A stretch of 64,000 nucleotides of DNA from Camelus dromedarius (Eukaryota): contig NC_087436.1 in the NCBI RefSeq assembly GCF_036321535.1, forward strand, positions 100,628,001-100,692,000. Direction: 5' to 3'. Below, one piece after another: positions 13,050-26,625 of this stretch. Position numbers and translations under genes: made by a program. The notes beneath the pieces were generated by a model. The model was not told the origin of the DNA, made no database searches, and saw only the letters and a program-made list of their open reading frames with translations. Within the stretch, counting starts at the first letter, position 1. Every line of letters starts with the position of its first letter.

Positions 13050-13500
13050 TTTTGTTAGGTGAGTTGCATTGTAAGCAACAGAGATCCTTTTAAGGTTACC
13101 TTGGTGATTGGGGCATTTTGTAAAGAAACAATAGGAAAATAGTGTCTTAGTAATTGCATAAAATTCTTTCAGAGAACTGGAAGAGAATGTGAGGTAAGAG
13201 TAGTGTGTTCTATTTTACCCCCAGAATCAGGAATTTTCCAGTCCCTTCTTTTATTTCCTGCCATATCTGCTGCTTCAAATTTTAATTTTTCTTTCCCTCT
13301 TTGTTTCTGTCCCGGATTCCTCACAATTTACCCTGTTTCTGCTTACTGTCTTCTCCGTGGTGTCTCTCTTTTCTTCCTTCAGCATCATTTGAGTCTTGTG
13401 TCTTGCCCTGTTTATATAACACTCACATGTTCCATGGTATATCCTGCAGTGCAGAGCATCCTTATAAGGTAGGGCTTCCATGCCTGGGTATAAAGTTAAA
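13050..13500 (-). mobile_element. Probable old MaLR LTR (MLT1L/M/N-like)
   Basis: tgttaggtgagttgcattgtaagcaacagagatcc resembles the reverse-complement end of old MLT1 LTRs; remainder very diverged. Confidence 0.35.
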
Positions 13501-14257
13501 GAGCTGGCACTAAAGTGATACTGATGATAATTGTATCTTTTCCTGATGACTGAAAAGACACTTCAGGATCGTGAAGTACCCCAGAGTCATCTTTAAATGT
13601 ATTAATTATCTTTCCTATTATTTATAATTTCTTTCTTTCTCATAAAAGTCAAGTGGGAAAATAAGTGAGTTGAGCTTTTGAGTAACTCAGAACCCGGACA
13701 AATGAAAATGTATTGTAATAGTGTGTATTATAATTGAAGAGAGAATAATTTCCTCAGGTAAAAGACCTCTAACGTCTGCTTAATTCCAATTCTAAGACTG
13801 TTATGATTCATACAAATACAGTTCAGAATTTCTCACCACTTTTTGATGATTGCTTCCCTGTAGTCACATTTATAACTTGGATTTTCTTTCCTGTATTAAA
13901 TACCTGGGGTAATCAAGAATATGAAAAATGATTCCAATATTTTTTATTCATATGAGAGTCTGAAGAATTTTCTTTAAACTCTAGTGAGTCCTTGAGGACT
14001 CTGTAATCCCCAGGAGAGCACGTTAATTCCAATCCCCTTCCTCCTTATTTTAGTAAGCAGGAGAATTTCAAACTATTTTTCACACTATCAGTGTCATTTG
14101 TTTTTTTCTGCTCAGATTTTTATCCTTTTTGAGGAGGGATTTCAAGCAGTTAATTGTTCATATCAAATGCATCTTACAGAAAATTGAAATAATTCAGTCT
14201 CACTTAATTTAAAAAGTAGTTTATTCACATGATTTGGGCACTTACTCGGTCTTCTAA

Positions 14258-14362
14258 AAAAAATATTGTTATCTAAGATGTACCTGACACTCTTCCAGGC
14301 CCTCAAGATATGGTAGCGAATAAAACACGCAAAAATCCCTGTCTTTAAACAGTTTACCTTCA
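14258..14362 (-). mobile_element. L2a 3' fragment
   Basis: tgtacctgacactcttccaggccctcaagatatggtagcgaataaaacacgcaaaaatccctgtct. Confidence 0.7.
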
Positions 14363-16289
14363 TGCCATTCTGGACATAAAAGAGGTAAATATTTTATTTG
14401 GGAGCATTAATTTTCAGAGTTTCTTTTATATTTTATTTTTTATTTGTTTGTTTGTTTGATTCTCACATTTTGAGTCAAATATCTTAGAAGGCACGTGGAT
14501 AGTTTACTGGAAAAAGGATTGAAATATTTCACCTACTCCCTAAAAACCACTGACCCTTTAATTCTGTAAGCAAACTCAAGGATGGGCAAAATAGCAACAT
14601 ATAGAATTTTATGCTGTTTTCAAATTTAATATTTATGTAAAGGCTATAGAGAGTAACGTAAAGAAAGCTTTGCATAGCAATTTTCAGATTAATTGAATGA
14701 TTACAATAGCCGATAAGCAACAACACCAGAACAAATAAACAATTTTCCACTAGCCATTATAAAGGAAAATAAAACTTTCTTTGCCATCTCTCTGGAATAA
14801 AGTGAATACATAACAAGTGTTTGTAGCTACATTGTAATTGATTTCATTTGACAGCAAAGATCTTTATAACTCACTTGTGGCGTTGGTTTTGGCCAAATTA
14901 AAAAGTTTTCCCATTGTTTACAGAAAGCAATTGATACTCCCCCAATGATGGGTCACTCCAATGTGTTCACATGACCGCTGACCCTGCTGTGGTTAAACCA
15001 CTTTTGTCCTGGCCACGTGGTAAATGTTGAAGAATTGTGCCTTTGTCTTAAAGAATCCTTGACCTAAAACACGCATAGTAAGATTTTTCTAAACATACCC
15101 CTTTTCTCACATGGTAATACACATAATAAACTATGCATAAACTCTACTACCAGAGGCAAAGCCGCTACTTAATTTGAGTAGGGCCAAGACAAAAACTGCA
15201 CTACAAATTTAACTTCATACAATAGATCTTTTCTGTAAATAATGACAGAAAATATTTTTCAAAGGCAAAGTTAACAGAATGCCTCTTCTATCACCTTTAC
15301 ACATTATTATTAAGTCCGGACAACTCAATAAGATATAAATATTGACATGAATTTTTTCCCGTGGTGACAGCAATGTGATTTTTAGGATTTTCCTAAAATA
15401 AGGATTCTCTTTCTTTGGTTACATCCACAGACTACTACCTAGCAAATTATACAAAGTGACTTCACCCAACCAATGCAGTGAATTAAGCCTATAAATTCCC
15501 AATGCAGTTTTAAAGAAATTAAGAAAACAGAGGTTTTGAAAATATATACAATTATGTTTTTGTCACTATTAATAGAACATGTTTTTGCATGACTTAATAT
15601 TCTGACAGACTGATGAATAAGATTAATCAGCATAAGGATAATGACCACAATCCATCAACATTTTGTTTCCAGTTGCTTTTCAAACTTGTGTCAGCTCACC
15701 AGTTGGAACAGATGCTTGTGATTCTCGTTAATTACTGTACATTCACACAACTCAAGACTCCTACATATGGCTTAGATTAATTCAGAATTTTATTTTAAAT
15801 AATGTCAAATCAAAAAATTAACTACTAGCAATAATTTTCAAAATCATTATCACTTAAAGTCTAAGAGATCTCTGTCTAGTCAACTGAAACTTTTCCTGTC
15901 CCACCTGCCAACTGAAGGGTAAACATTTGATTGATGGGATAGCCCTAACCTAAAATTTGAATTTGAATTTCTTGGGCTTCATATAAGAGGGTCTTGAAAA
16001 TTTTAAAGAAAAATATTCTCTGGATTGTAAATCAAATTACATTTGTTTTCTGTGGTTTTTTTTTTCCCCTCCAGTCTAGGAATAGTAGGCTTGGAACTTG
16101 AGTGTCTAGAATTAGCATATTCCAATATGCTGACCTGTAGAGGCTTTACTGTAAATAAAAGTCTAGGTATTCAATAACCATGCTGGCACTACTGGCTTTA
16201 CTGACCTGACTACCAGCAATTGATAAGTTAATTAAATAAAGGATGATCTCTGTTTTAAATATATTACTATGAGGGGGCTACTGAAGATC

Positions 16290-16435
16290 AAAGTAGAGAT
16301 GTCCAGTAGGTAACCAAAGGGCAAAATCCATCAACTGATTGATCAATTATTCAATCTCTTTTGGAAATACATCTTTTAGAATTATAAACCTGTATAAAGG
16401 CATTGAAGTTACTGGAATGGATGAAATGTTGAGGG
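16290..16435 (-). mobile_element. L2 internal fragment
   Basis: gtagagatgtccagtagg...attgaagttactggaatggatgaaat. Confidence 0.6.
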
Positions 16436-16859
16436 TTATTTTGAGGACGATGTTTAAGGATCACGGGTTTATGCTGCATGAGTCTGTTTCTTTGGTAGTA
16501 CTCCATTGTCTCCAGGCAACAAATAAGCTGGATTAAGCCAGAGTAAGTTTTCCCCTGTGTGATTCCTGTAAAAATAATGCAAAGAATCAATAATGAGAGA
16601 GGAGTGTCTGAGAAAATGACTTTTTAGAGAACAATGTGAAGATGGAATAGAGTCATTAAAAGAAAAAAAACGTAGAGGAGTCAAGGGGTAGGAGTGCCAA
16701 AGAATTCACAGATCAAGTGTTTCAAAAGTTATTGAGTAAGACAGTGAAAAATTCTGATGTTGTGGTGATATTGTATGTAGTCTGTGAGATGTAAACTCAG
16801 AGGTGATACACTTACAGGGTGATAACAAGAACAAGGCAGAATTAATTGCTCATGGCCCT

Positions 16860-17050
16860 TTGTTCCCATAGTGGTTTGTACTTACCTCTACTCAAAAACT
16901 CATTACATTGTCTAGTAGTGGTTTTTTGACACCTTTTTTCTGACTCCAGTGGAAGTCACTTCAGGGTAGGGAAAATTACTTAGTCCTATCTATTTCTGGA
17001 ACATAAAAGAATTTCTGATGTACAGTGCATGCCCAATATGTGTTTGAATT
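16860..17050 (+). mobile_element. L2 3'-end fragment
   Basis: gtacttacctctact...cattacattgt...cttcagggtaggga...cccaatatgtgtttgaat. Confidence 0.6.
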
Positions 17051-17950
17051 GCCAGAACTGTATTGATGAGTTACCAGCTCTTAAGTTGAATGCTATGGTG
17101 TGGGTGTGGGTGCGAGCACATGTACGCACATGTAAACATGTGCCTGTTTTAACAGTGTGCTATCAAATACAGCCAAATTTATTTTCTGTTAAGTGTGGAC
17201 CAGTATACTTACTCTTTGATGCAGCCATCCTATGTTTTCTAGAACTAGATGAAAAGCACTTTAGAATTTTGGGGTTTTAAAAGAAATTGCGACAAACTTA
17301 CATGCATTCTTCCCTACATAATCTTGGATAGTCATTGTCTTAAAGTTTTCCTTCTTTTATTATTCTCATGCATTTTCCAGATAGGCAGTGTTTTTTAACT
17401 GTTAATTTTACATGGGATCTTCTGAGCCCTTGCATTTTTCTTTTGAAAAAAAAAAAAAAAAAGACTCTTCCTCTTATCAAGGCCACATGTAAATACAGGT
17501 AAATATATGACTTCACTGTTTGGAGCAATGAGCTTGTTACTTTGTGGCTAGAAAGCTGATGTCTTAGGGTTAAATGAGGATCGTTTATAGGCATGATTTT
17601 TAAAGAAATATCTGTAAGATTACTGAATTTGCATGTCCCTACGTAGACCCTGTGTTAGAAGGAGGTCCCTAGAATTGGCATTTCGATTTCGCTAAATCTC
17701 TTTTCTATTATTGAGTGACGGTTGTTACTAACTGTGAATATCTAGGGTTTATTTATGATGCTTGTGTTGGGGGTTTATGTATGGATCAAAAAATATATGT
17801 CTTGCCTTTATGTAATATATAGATATACCTAGCTTGAATTTTAAATAGACTATTTTTTTCATATTAAATGAGGGTTAGAAATCAAAAGTTGTGTCAGAGA
17901 AGGACTAAGGGGAATTATTGAGTAGTATTGATTGTAGCAGATAAACAAGC

Positions 17951-17954
<4 letters not shown>

Positions 17955-17988
<34 letters not shown>
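17955..17988. repeat. (TG)17 microsatellite
   Basis: direct reading. Confidence 0.95.
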
Positions 17989-17989
<1 letters not shown>

Positions 17990-18417
17990 TGAGGGAATCT
18001 GTGGTTTCCTGGGGTGATGATATGTGTTCTTTCTAAAGTCAAAAAATACAGTGTGTGTAGTCATTATCCAGTGAATGATGCAAAGTGGATGACTTGGCCC
18101 GAGAACTGCCCTGTTGCATTAGTTTGTGGAATGTGTGTACATCTGGCACTGGGAATAGTTTCAGTATTGCCTAAACCTTAAATATGTACCACCTTCTGCT
18201 TCTCTTGACTTTTATTAATAGTCTTCTTGCGATACCTTCTCCCAGATACCAAAATGATCTATTGGAACATGGGAACTTTGATTATTCCAATAACTGTGTT
18301 AAGGTATTACTGAAGTAAATAACACATTTCCTTCCCTTTTTTTTTTGTTTTTTTTGGATTCCACCTTCTCTTTCACCACCTGTCACAAACATGAACACAC
18401 ATCCTTTCAATCATTGC

Positions 18418-18582
18418 CTATCTCTGCCTGTCTGTCCATCTGTCTGTATGTCTTTCTCTGTTTCTCTCCATCTCTTTCTTTGTATTTCAGTCTTCTCTCT
18501 CTCTCTGTCTCTGTTTCTCTGTGTCTCTCTAAGCCTCTGTGTATCTGTCTGTCTCTAACACACACGGACACACACATACACT
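18418..18582. repeat. CT/CTGT-rich low-complexity tract ending in CA repeats
   Basis: direct reading. Confidence 0.85.
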
Positions 18583-21039
18583 GGTATCTATTTTCTCTGA
18601 ACATAATATAGAAGACTAAAACTGATGGTGCCAACAAAAAGAGAATTTGTGAATCTCTTAGCTCAAATAGAAGTGCCACCACAGTTCACATGATAATGCC
18701 TAGTGCCAAGTGAGTATCCCTCGGCCCCGTTCTGCAATGAGATATGATGCAGAGGGATGCATCTCACTGTGCATCCCTCTCACTCAAGTGTCACTGGGAG
18801 TATCTGCATGTGTCCAGAGACCTTGTCATGAGTAATGCCTTTCTCTCGTTTGCCAGGGTCAATACTGAGGTTCCTTCAAGCGTTAACATGGAGAGTAGAC
18901 TTTACTGCTTGGTTCTTTTAGTGGAAAGAAAGAATGGGGTGACACTGCGATGGACTGATTTGTGATTCCTTGGAGTATAACTTTTGGATTCTCAGGAGTA
19001 ATTGAAAGGCATTTCCAAAGAGGCAGCAGAAACTAGTGAGAGAAGGCCACTGGGCGACACTTCTGTTGCATCAAAGAATACTTCCTGAAATGGAGGAAGT
19101 GCTCCTTGCACTGAGCATTCTTATTTTTATCATCATCAGTTTCCAATTTCATGTTCGATAAATCCCAGCCAAAACATTTCCATCTTTCTCCAACCCTTAT
19201 ATGACAATGTTAACGTCATTTCCCCCCTTAGCTGAGGCTATGTTTTCCCCAGCTGATACCACATGCTAGCCTTGTAGGAAGGTAAAAGAAAGAAAATTAT
19301 CACACCCAAATATGTGCCTTTTTTTTCAAGGTAAGCACGTTCCAACACTGAAGTTCTTTCCCCATTGTTTTCAATTTTTAAAAGCCAAGCAACCAAGATA
19401 ACAGTAAATATGAATTGAAATCTCAGAGAAGTATGAGAGCAATATAATGGGTTTGTTTTTACTAGAAATAGCAGAACTTTTATTCTAATACATATGCCTG
19501 CCATGTTAAACAATGTTAAGCAAATATAATACGTTTTTATGAAGGTTTAGATCAAACTGACAGCTTATTTGCTGAACCCGTGTCTGTGAATGGACCACAA
19601 TGTAAATAAACTGGCCTGGCAGAGAGAGGTGATTGAGGAGCCAAGATGTTCCAAAGACATTTGCTACTTCATAGTGTTTACTTTTAAGTTTTTCATATGA
19701 AAATAACATAATCATTGTAACAGTAGAAAACAAATGCTATTACTAGTCAATCCGAATTGAGTTCTTCTGAAAGCAAGGAAAACATTTATACGTTGTGTCC
19801 ACATTCCAATAACAATGTATTTGTATTCTGATAAATAAGTCAATTTTAGTTTGCTTCCCAAATATGATGTACACAATTGGACTTAGCAGTGTTAATAGTA
19901 AAGTTCTTTGTATGAGTATCATTATATTTTATGAAATACAAGCAGCATTCGATAATTAGTTTAAAATCATTCAGCAACACAAATATTCTTCCAAATATGA
20001 CACATAATAGACCTCATTCAGCAAAGATTACAGTGCCGCGAGATCATTATTTCTGACATTCAGCAGTCAACCTCCAACATCATTGCCGAAGATGCTTTTC
20101 ACAGTAGCTAAACACTTGAAAATAACAATTGTGGTATCAGAACATTCATGAATAACACATGAAGCTGGAATTTACATTTTTTATTAGTGAAACTGCCTGT
20201 TTTCTTCCAAAGAATGTTGTTTATTTGGGTAAATAATACAAGGCCGTGGCTTTTTCTATGATTCCTGTGCAATTGGAAAGTTTCAGTAATTAACTCCTCA
20301 ACCAGTGGATCTGAAAATTTAAAGGTCCAGCTGACCATCTGACAGCACCCTCCCTTCTCCAAAACTAATTGTTCAGAATGAAAAGAACAAAAGGAAAATT
20401 CCTGTTGGTCAAAATTTTATATAGATATATTTGATAGCGTGGACCACATAAATAGCCCAATGGGGAACGCCCAGCCTCTCTGTTGTAGCTCTTCACAGCC
20501 TGGTCAGTCACCAAGTACGAAGCATTCTTCCTTGGAGCCTGGTAGTTCTATGTGCAATCGGAGAAATTCATTCATATTTATAAGTACCAACGATGAACAA
20601 CAAAAAGCTACACCCCTTCAACAGGAACCTGAAACTTTACAAGACTTTCTAGGGCATTTGCTTGTTTCCTTTCATTCTTTCAGAAACATTCACAATGGTT
20701 CCCTTCACTCTACCAAAACCAAATGTCATTTGAAGGCTGTTTACTGATTAGTCTTTGCCTTTTTGATGCTTCTTAATCAAAAAAAAAAAATTGATTTTCT
20801 ACTCGAAAGACTACTGTCTAAATAAAAATAATTAAACTATTTAAATAAAACCTTGTGGTAATATTGCATATTTGCAGGACTGAAGAAAGCCATCCTTCTG
20901 TAACACAGTTGCCCTTAAGTTCTGAACGCCCACTGGTGCTTATCACACCTTTGCTTGGAAGCAGTTAATGACTTTCCTGTCCTGTAAGTTAGGATTTTAT
21001 TTCCCTAGTCTGCCACACAAGATTCTTCTACTTACTTCC

Positions 21040-21215
21040 AGACTACTGGGGTTCAAATCCCATTTCTCCCATTTATTAGGTATATGACCTTGTGCAAGTA
21101 ACTTAACTTACACTCTTTGTACTTCTGCTTTATTATCTGTATAGTGGAAATGAAAATCATATGTAAATCATAGGGCTATTGTGGGGGAAAATAACATAGT
21201 TACGTAAATATTTGT
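21040..21215 (+). mobile_element. MIR
   Basis: gggttcaaatcccatttctcccatttattaggtatatgaccttgtgcaagtaacttaac...atctgtatagtgga. Confidence 0.85.
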
Positions 21216-21337
21216 TTTCTATATATATATAGTTACATAATTGTTCTATGTTATCTTTTAAGAATATCTACAGCTAGATTTTGTTCTCATTATATGAATT
21301 AAATACAAACATAAGCATATATACATATACATCCATG

Positions 21338-21365
21338 TATATATATATAGAGAGAGAGAGAGAGA
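21338..21365. repeat. (TA)n(GA)n compound microsatellite
   Basis: tatatatatatagagagagagagagaga. Confidence 0.9.
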
Positions 21366-21559
21366 AGCCAAACACATATGCATTTTAACAATGTAGTTGG
21401 GTTATTTTATCTTTTAGGAATATCAAGGCCTAAAATTTGCATGCCATTATGTTAACACTTTTCCTTGGTAACCAATATTACTGAATTTCATAAAGGTCAG
21501 AGGCTTTTTCAGTCTCTACCATCCCAAAAGGCATCCCCTTGTGGTAACCTGATTTTGTT

Positions 21560-21672
21560 TCTCTCTCTTAATTGTAAGTTATTCAAGGTCAAGATCAAGT
21601 TTTATTTATGTTTATACATTTTTGCCCATAACAGCCAAGTCACACAAAATTTTTTAATGGTCGTTGGATGAC
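21560..21672 (+). mobile_element. L2 3'-end fragment
   Basis: aattgtaagttattcaaggtcaagatcaagttttatttatgtttata. Confidence 0.5.
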
Positions 21673-24019
21673 TCTTACTTGAGACCCTGATTTGCTAGTA
21701 CTGAAGAATACTTAGAATGTTCCATTGTCAAAATATGTACGGCATGTAGAAAAGTAAACTTCCCACATATAAATACAATATACATATCTTATTTTTCTGA
21801 GAAGTAGTGTGAAGGGCATTGGTAGAGCACAAAGCCCTAGGGATCTTTGAAAACATTTCTGAATCATTAGTATAAGACTTGTTTTTAAAAAGTTGGATAA
21901 TAAAATATGTTAGCGGGTCTTTCTTACTGGTTGACATCTCTGAAGTTTATCACGTTATCTCTAAAAATAAAGGACAACTATTGCATCCTTAAGTGAATGA
22001 CTGAAAGCAATATTAAGTGAATTTTTACTGATTTAAATCACAGCAGTCACACTTAAGAGGGAAATAAATGGCCTAAGAACTCCTCGTGTAAAAGAGAAGT
22101 TTATACTACGCAGGATGATGCAAACTAAAAAGGGAAGCCAGATGTTACTAGCATTGGCTGCACTCAACATTTTAACATTTTGACGATATGCAAAAAATAT
22201 TGAGAAGTCAGAAAAATCAGGCTAGAAAGTGAACTTATTCACAATAATCTTGTGCAGGTAGAAATTGCATAGATAGAAATTTCAATAGCCACACTTTGTA
22301 TTAACTCCTTCATAAACTTCAATGGATGGCAAATTACAGTCCGGGTGAACTATTCTTGAACCTTCTTAATAAAATGTCAAATGAGTTCTCAGTTTCTCTC
22401 TTTGGTCCTCAGCAATATTTTCAGTTTTCATAAGGGCAAACAATTCATTTATTTCATAAATGCATGGCCACTTTTATACAAAAAGAAAATACCACAGAAA
22501 ACTTCTGTATTTTATGAAAACACATCACCATCAATTAAGTTTTCAATTAAAATGACAACTTTTGATTGGTCAAAATCCCTGTTATTAAAAATGGGCAGAA
22601 AATTCAATATTCGTGTTGTCATTTTACTATTAATTACAGTCACATTTTTGTATCAAAGAAATAAATGTATGTTAAAGATATATATACTTTCCTTTATTTT
22701 TCTTTGTAATTAAACATTCTCCACCCAATACATACAGGGGAAAAAAACGATTAAATGATTAACTTTTTTTATTCTTTGGAGATCCCTGTGCATTTTAATT
22801 TACGTGTTGATTATGTAGCCAGGAAGAGTCTCCTATGTTAAATTTGATTAAGCAAGGCAGAAAGTGCCTTAAAATGAATAGAAAGCAGAAACTGAGAATG
22901 CATTTTTTTCTAATTGTGTTAATGAACTACCCTGATGAGACTTGGTTAGTATAAGAGGCCCCCTGACCTTTTGATTAACTGTAAAACAGGGCACTTCTAA
23001 TATCGCAGAGTTTTGCTCCATCTTTACAGTTTTTTAAACCAAACACTTAAAGCACTTAAATGCTTTAGAAAATAATGGAATGGGTAAAAGAGCTGAGCAT
23101 ACTTATCTCAGCTGTGAAATTACTGCTCCCTCCCTGTTCATTGCAAAACTCTCATGGTAAAGCCACCAGTGCTTTTGAATGATTTCCTTTGCATCCCAAA
23201 CAGACTAAGACAGACTTTGCTGGAGGGATCCATGAGAAATGTAAGTTATATAAGCCATAACATTGTGTGAAAGGGCTATGACATATATACCAAAACAAAA
23301 CAGTATCTGATGATGAATTGTAATAGTATAATGGAACATGAGTGGAATTTATGTGTTGCAGTTTTCAAAGAGGACAATGATGGTTGGGTGTCGGAATGCA
23401 GCCCTCTCACGTGGGAAGCGTATTGCCTGTCAATGCCATGTTCAACCTTCCTGTGACACTACAGTATTTAGCTTTCCCACATGTAATCATCTAGCACATT
23501 GAAAGAACAGTGTAGCTATTCAATAACTATTTAAACTAATTTATTTGGGCCAAAGTCATTGTGGAAGACTTCATTGCTAGGTAGTTTCTCAGATGTGTAT
23601 GTATTTGTGTATTGAATGATATATATTTAAAGAAAAGGGAGTCTTCCTCATGGATAGGGAAAATTTTGGCAAGAATTCAAGCCATGCTATTCCCATTACA
23701 TTGGGAGGGTTTTCCCTGCCATAAACTATAGTATGTGTAAGAGATAACATTGTATAATTTTAACTAAAGAAAATAACCATGGACACTGGTAAGCTGAGTT
23801 TTGTAAAATGAATGATAAAGTGATTGTTGCTCCAAAGCCTCAATGTTCAAAAGAGTAATAGTTGAATAACTTTATCCATACTGTAAAATAAGACTATTTT
23901 ACCAGTAAAATACAAAGCATCAGAAAGGAGGAAAATACTTTGAGGTAATATTTGATGTAATGTTGACTCTGAAAAAAAATATAATTCAAGAATCATTACA
24001 AGTTTGGGAAACCACAATA

Positions 24020-24160
24020 TATTAGAAAACAAGCTTGAAAGTTAGCAATAGTAATCTTTGACTTATGAGATTACAAAGTGATTTTTAAAATCTTTTTCTA
24101 CACATTCTTCTATATTTTCTGAAATTTCTGCAATGTGCCTTTATTTTATTACATTTGTTT
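24020..24160 (+). mobile_element. Old L1 (L1ME-type) 3' UTR fragment
   Basis: gttagcaatagtaatctttg...gagattacaaagtgattttt...tatattttctgaaatttctgcaatg. Confidence 0.55.
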
Positions 24161-24594
24161 AAATATTTATTTTAAAATCAGTACATCTCCTTGGTAAATA
24201 TTCATCAAATACAGAGTGAATTTGAAAAAAAAAACCCTCCATATTTAGGTTAGTTCTATAGGTTAATTTTATAAATTTTAATAATCTATTATTTGGTCTA
24301 TTTCTTATGTCTATGAATGTTGAGCAGCAATCAGTAAAAGCTTTGTAAGCTAAATATTCCAATGCTGCTTCATTTCTTAAAGTTCTTTATAATATCTACT
24401 TTCAATTCTAAACATCTGTCACTTATGCATTTGTATATATGTAACAAGTACTTGGGAGAGAAATTATATGAGACTGTCTACAAAGTAGAATATTTACAAG
24501 ACAGATCACATGTACACTCTAGTAGGTGAAGTTCTTATTCTGTGGTTATAATTTTACAATTGCTGTGCTACTCAAGTACATTGTATTATATTAA

Positions 24595-24656
24595 TTAATT
24601 AATTATTTCATCCATCAAATATTTATTGAGCACCTATGATGTGACAAATTCTGTCT
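24595..24656 (-). mobile_element. L2 3' tail
   Basis: ttcatccatcaaatatttattgagcacctatgatgtgaca. Confidence 0.75.
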
Positions 24657-26494
24657 CAATTCCCTAATGTTTTAAAATCAAACCATATTACAGTTTGTTC
24701 TATGTTCACACTTTAAAAATTCTTTTATTCCTGTTTTACCCAGAATTTTAATTGCTTTTTTTTCATTGCTAAAAGAAATAGTGTGCTTGCTTCCCCACTT
24801 TCCTAATATTTTATAATTTATTCTCATTATACCTAAATCTTGAGACTTCAATCAGACAAAAATTTACATCATGACAGTAATTGGTTCATTGTTACAATTG
24901 CTACTTCTCACCTTACACAGAATCTGGTATATTTTATCCTCAGTAAATATTTTTTTTATAACGGATGAATAGCAGAAAGCAAAAATATGGTTATTATTTT
25001 TCCCTTTTTTGTCTTTCCATCCCCCCAAAATTTGGGGTGTAGAGACCTAGTATCTCAAAAGCTTTTAGGTTTTATAATCTAAGTATAATTGTTTCCAGCT
25101 AAATATCAATTGAATTATTTCCAGAAAGAGGCTAACACAGATCTGCATTTATTTTTAATTATTTATTAGACTTTGATATATTGTGAAAAAAAAAAAATCC
25201 TTGCACTCAACCCATGGTATTAGTCCGAGTGAGATAAACTTAGATCCAAATATTGAAAAAAAAAAGGAAGACAGAAGATAAAAAGGAAAATACTGTGATA
25301 CTGGGAAATACCTTCCTATTAAAAATTTTTAGTTATTTCACTTGGTTCCATGTTTTACCCCAAAATCTTGTTTTTGTACCTATTAAATGGCCTCTTTCCA
25401 TTGTCAATTAAGCAAGATTTGGATTCCATGGCTTTGCCAACAATGCAGAGAACGATAAGCTTTCATGGTACCCTGGGGCTCTTCTACATGTGAAAGAAAT
25501 AAGTTCCAAAAACCACAGAAATATGGAGATATATTATATAAGGGCATTTCTACTAACATGTTTAAATGGCCACAATTTAAAGATTTAAATCGTTAACTGT
25601 AAATCACAGCATCGTCCCCCGCTTATGTATCTGTGAGCCATCCCTATTCACAAGGAGTCAAAAGCCACCTGTCACATTTGCATTACCTCATACTTACCAT
25701 ACTTTTTACCCCCATGTTGAACTACATTTCCTGAGATTAAAAAATGCCTTAATCCCCTCCATTCCTTCTCACCTCAAGCCAAAAACTTAGAGATACTGTC
25801 TAGCCCATTTAACATGAGAATAAGCTGTAAATACTGAGATACGATATGGTAGTAAGATCAACAGTCTCTGGTAATCAAGTGATGCTGAGGGCATTAAAAA
25901 TAGTCTAGCTGATAAATTGGACTTACACTGACTGAGCTTTCGCTGAATAGGAAGTGAGTTTGTGCATTTGAGCATGTTTTCAGGGTTCTAGTTACCTAAC
26001 TCACTTGTTTGGTGTTCCATAACAATTCTCTTGGCAGTACCTTTTCTTGATAGCTTTGACAACTTGAAGTTTCCCGATTCTTAAGTCCTTCATCCCTTGA
26101 TTTGTTCTCCTACTTGCAGATTTAGCTAAGAATTCATAGAACCAGCATTTAGACCAAGGTATGTGCCTGTTCACCTGAATAATGGTAACACCAAACAGAA
26201 ACAATTTAAGAGTACCTAGAACTGACACCCTGGTAGTGAACAGCACTGCTATTGGACTTCCTCCAGCCCACTCTTCCCTTCCTTCCCCAACCAAGGTGAA
26301 AATCTGACACATCTTACTTCTATTCTACAATTTGCTTTATTCCTTGCTTCTGCAAAAACAATTTACTTTTTGGATAAACTTTGATAGAGAGGTCAAGCAA
26401 TACAGCACTTAAGGAAGAACTAAAAAAATGCTCCCCATGAATATACTAGCAGCAAACCCTGTTTCTCTGAAACAGATTAAAGACGTTAAGCAGA

Positions 26495-26625
26495 GGATAG
26501 CTGCATTATCATCTCACTTTGACAATTAAAAAGATTAAATACTTTTCCCCAAACCAATAATCATTAAAAGCAGGATTTGAATTCAGGGCTGTCTTGCTTC
26601 AAACTCTGGTTATTTTTTTTAATAG
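26495..26625 (-). mobile_element. MIR fragment
   Basis: agcaggatttgaattcagggctgtcttgcttcaaactctgg. Confidence 0.55.

Noticed and set aside
20108..20747. 84-aa and 102-aa ORFs in unique DNA
   Set aside because: Non-ATG starts, no recognisable homology, no convincing splice boundaries
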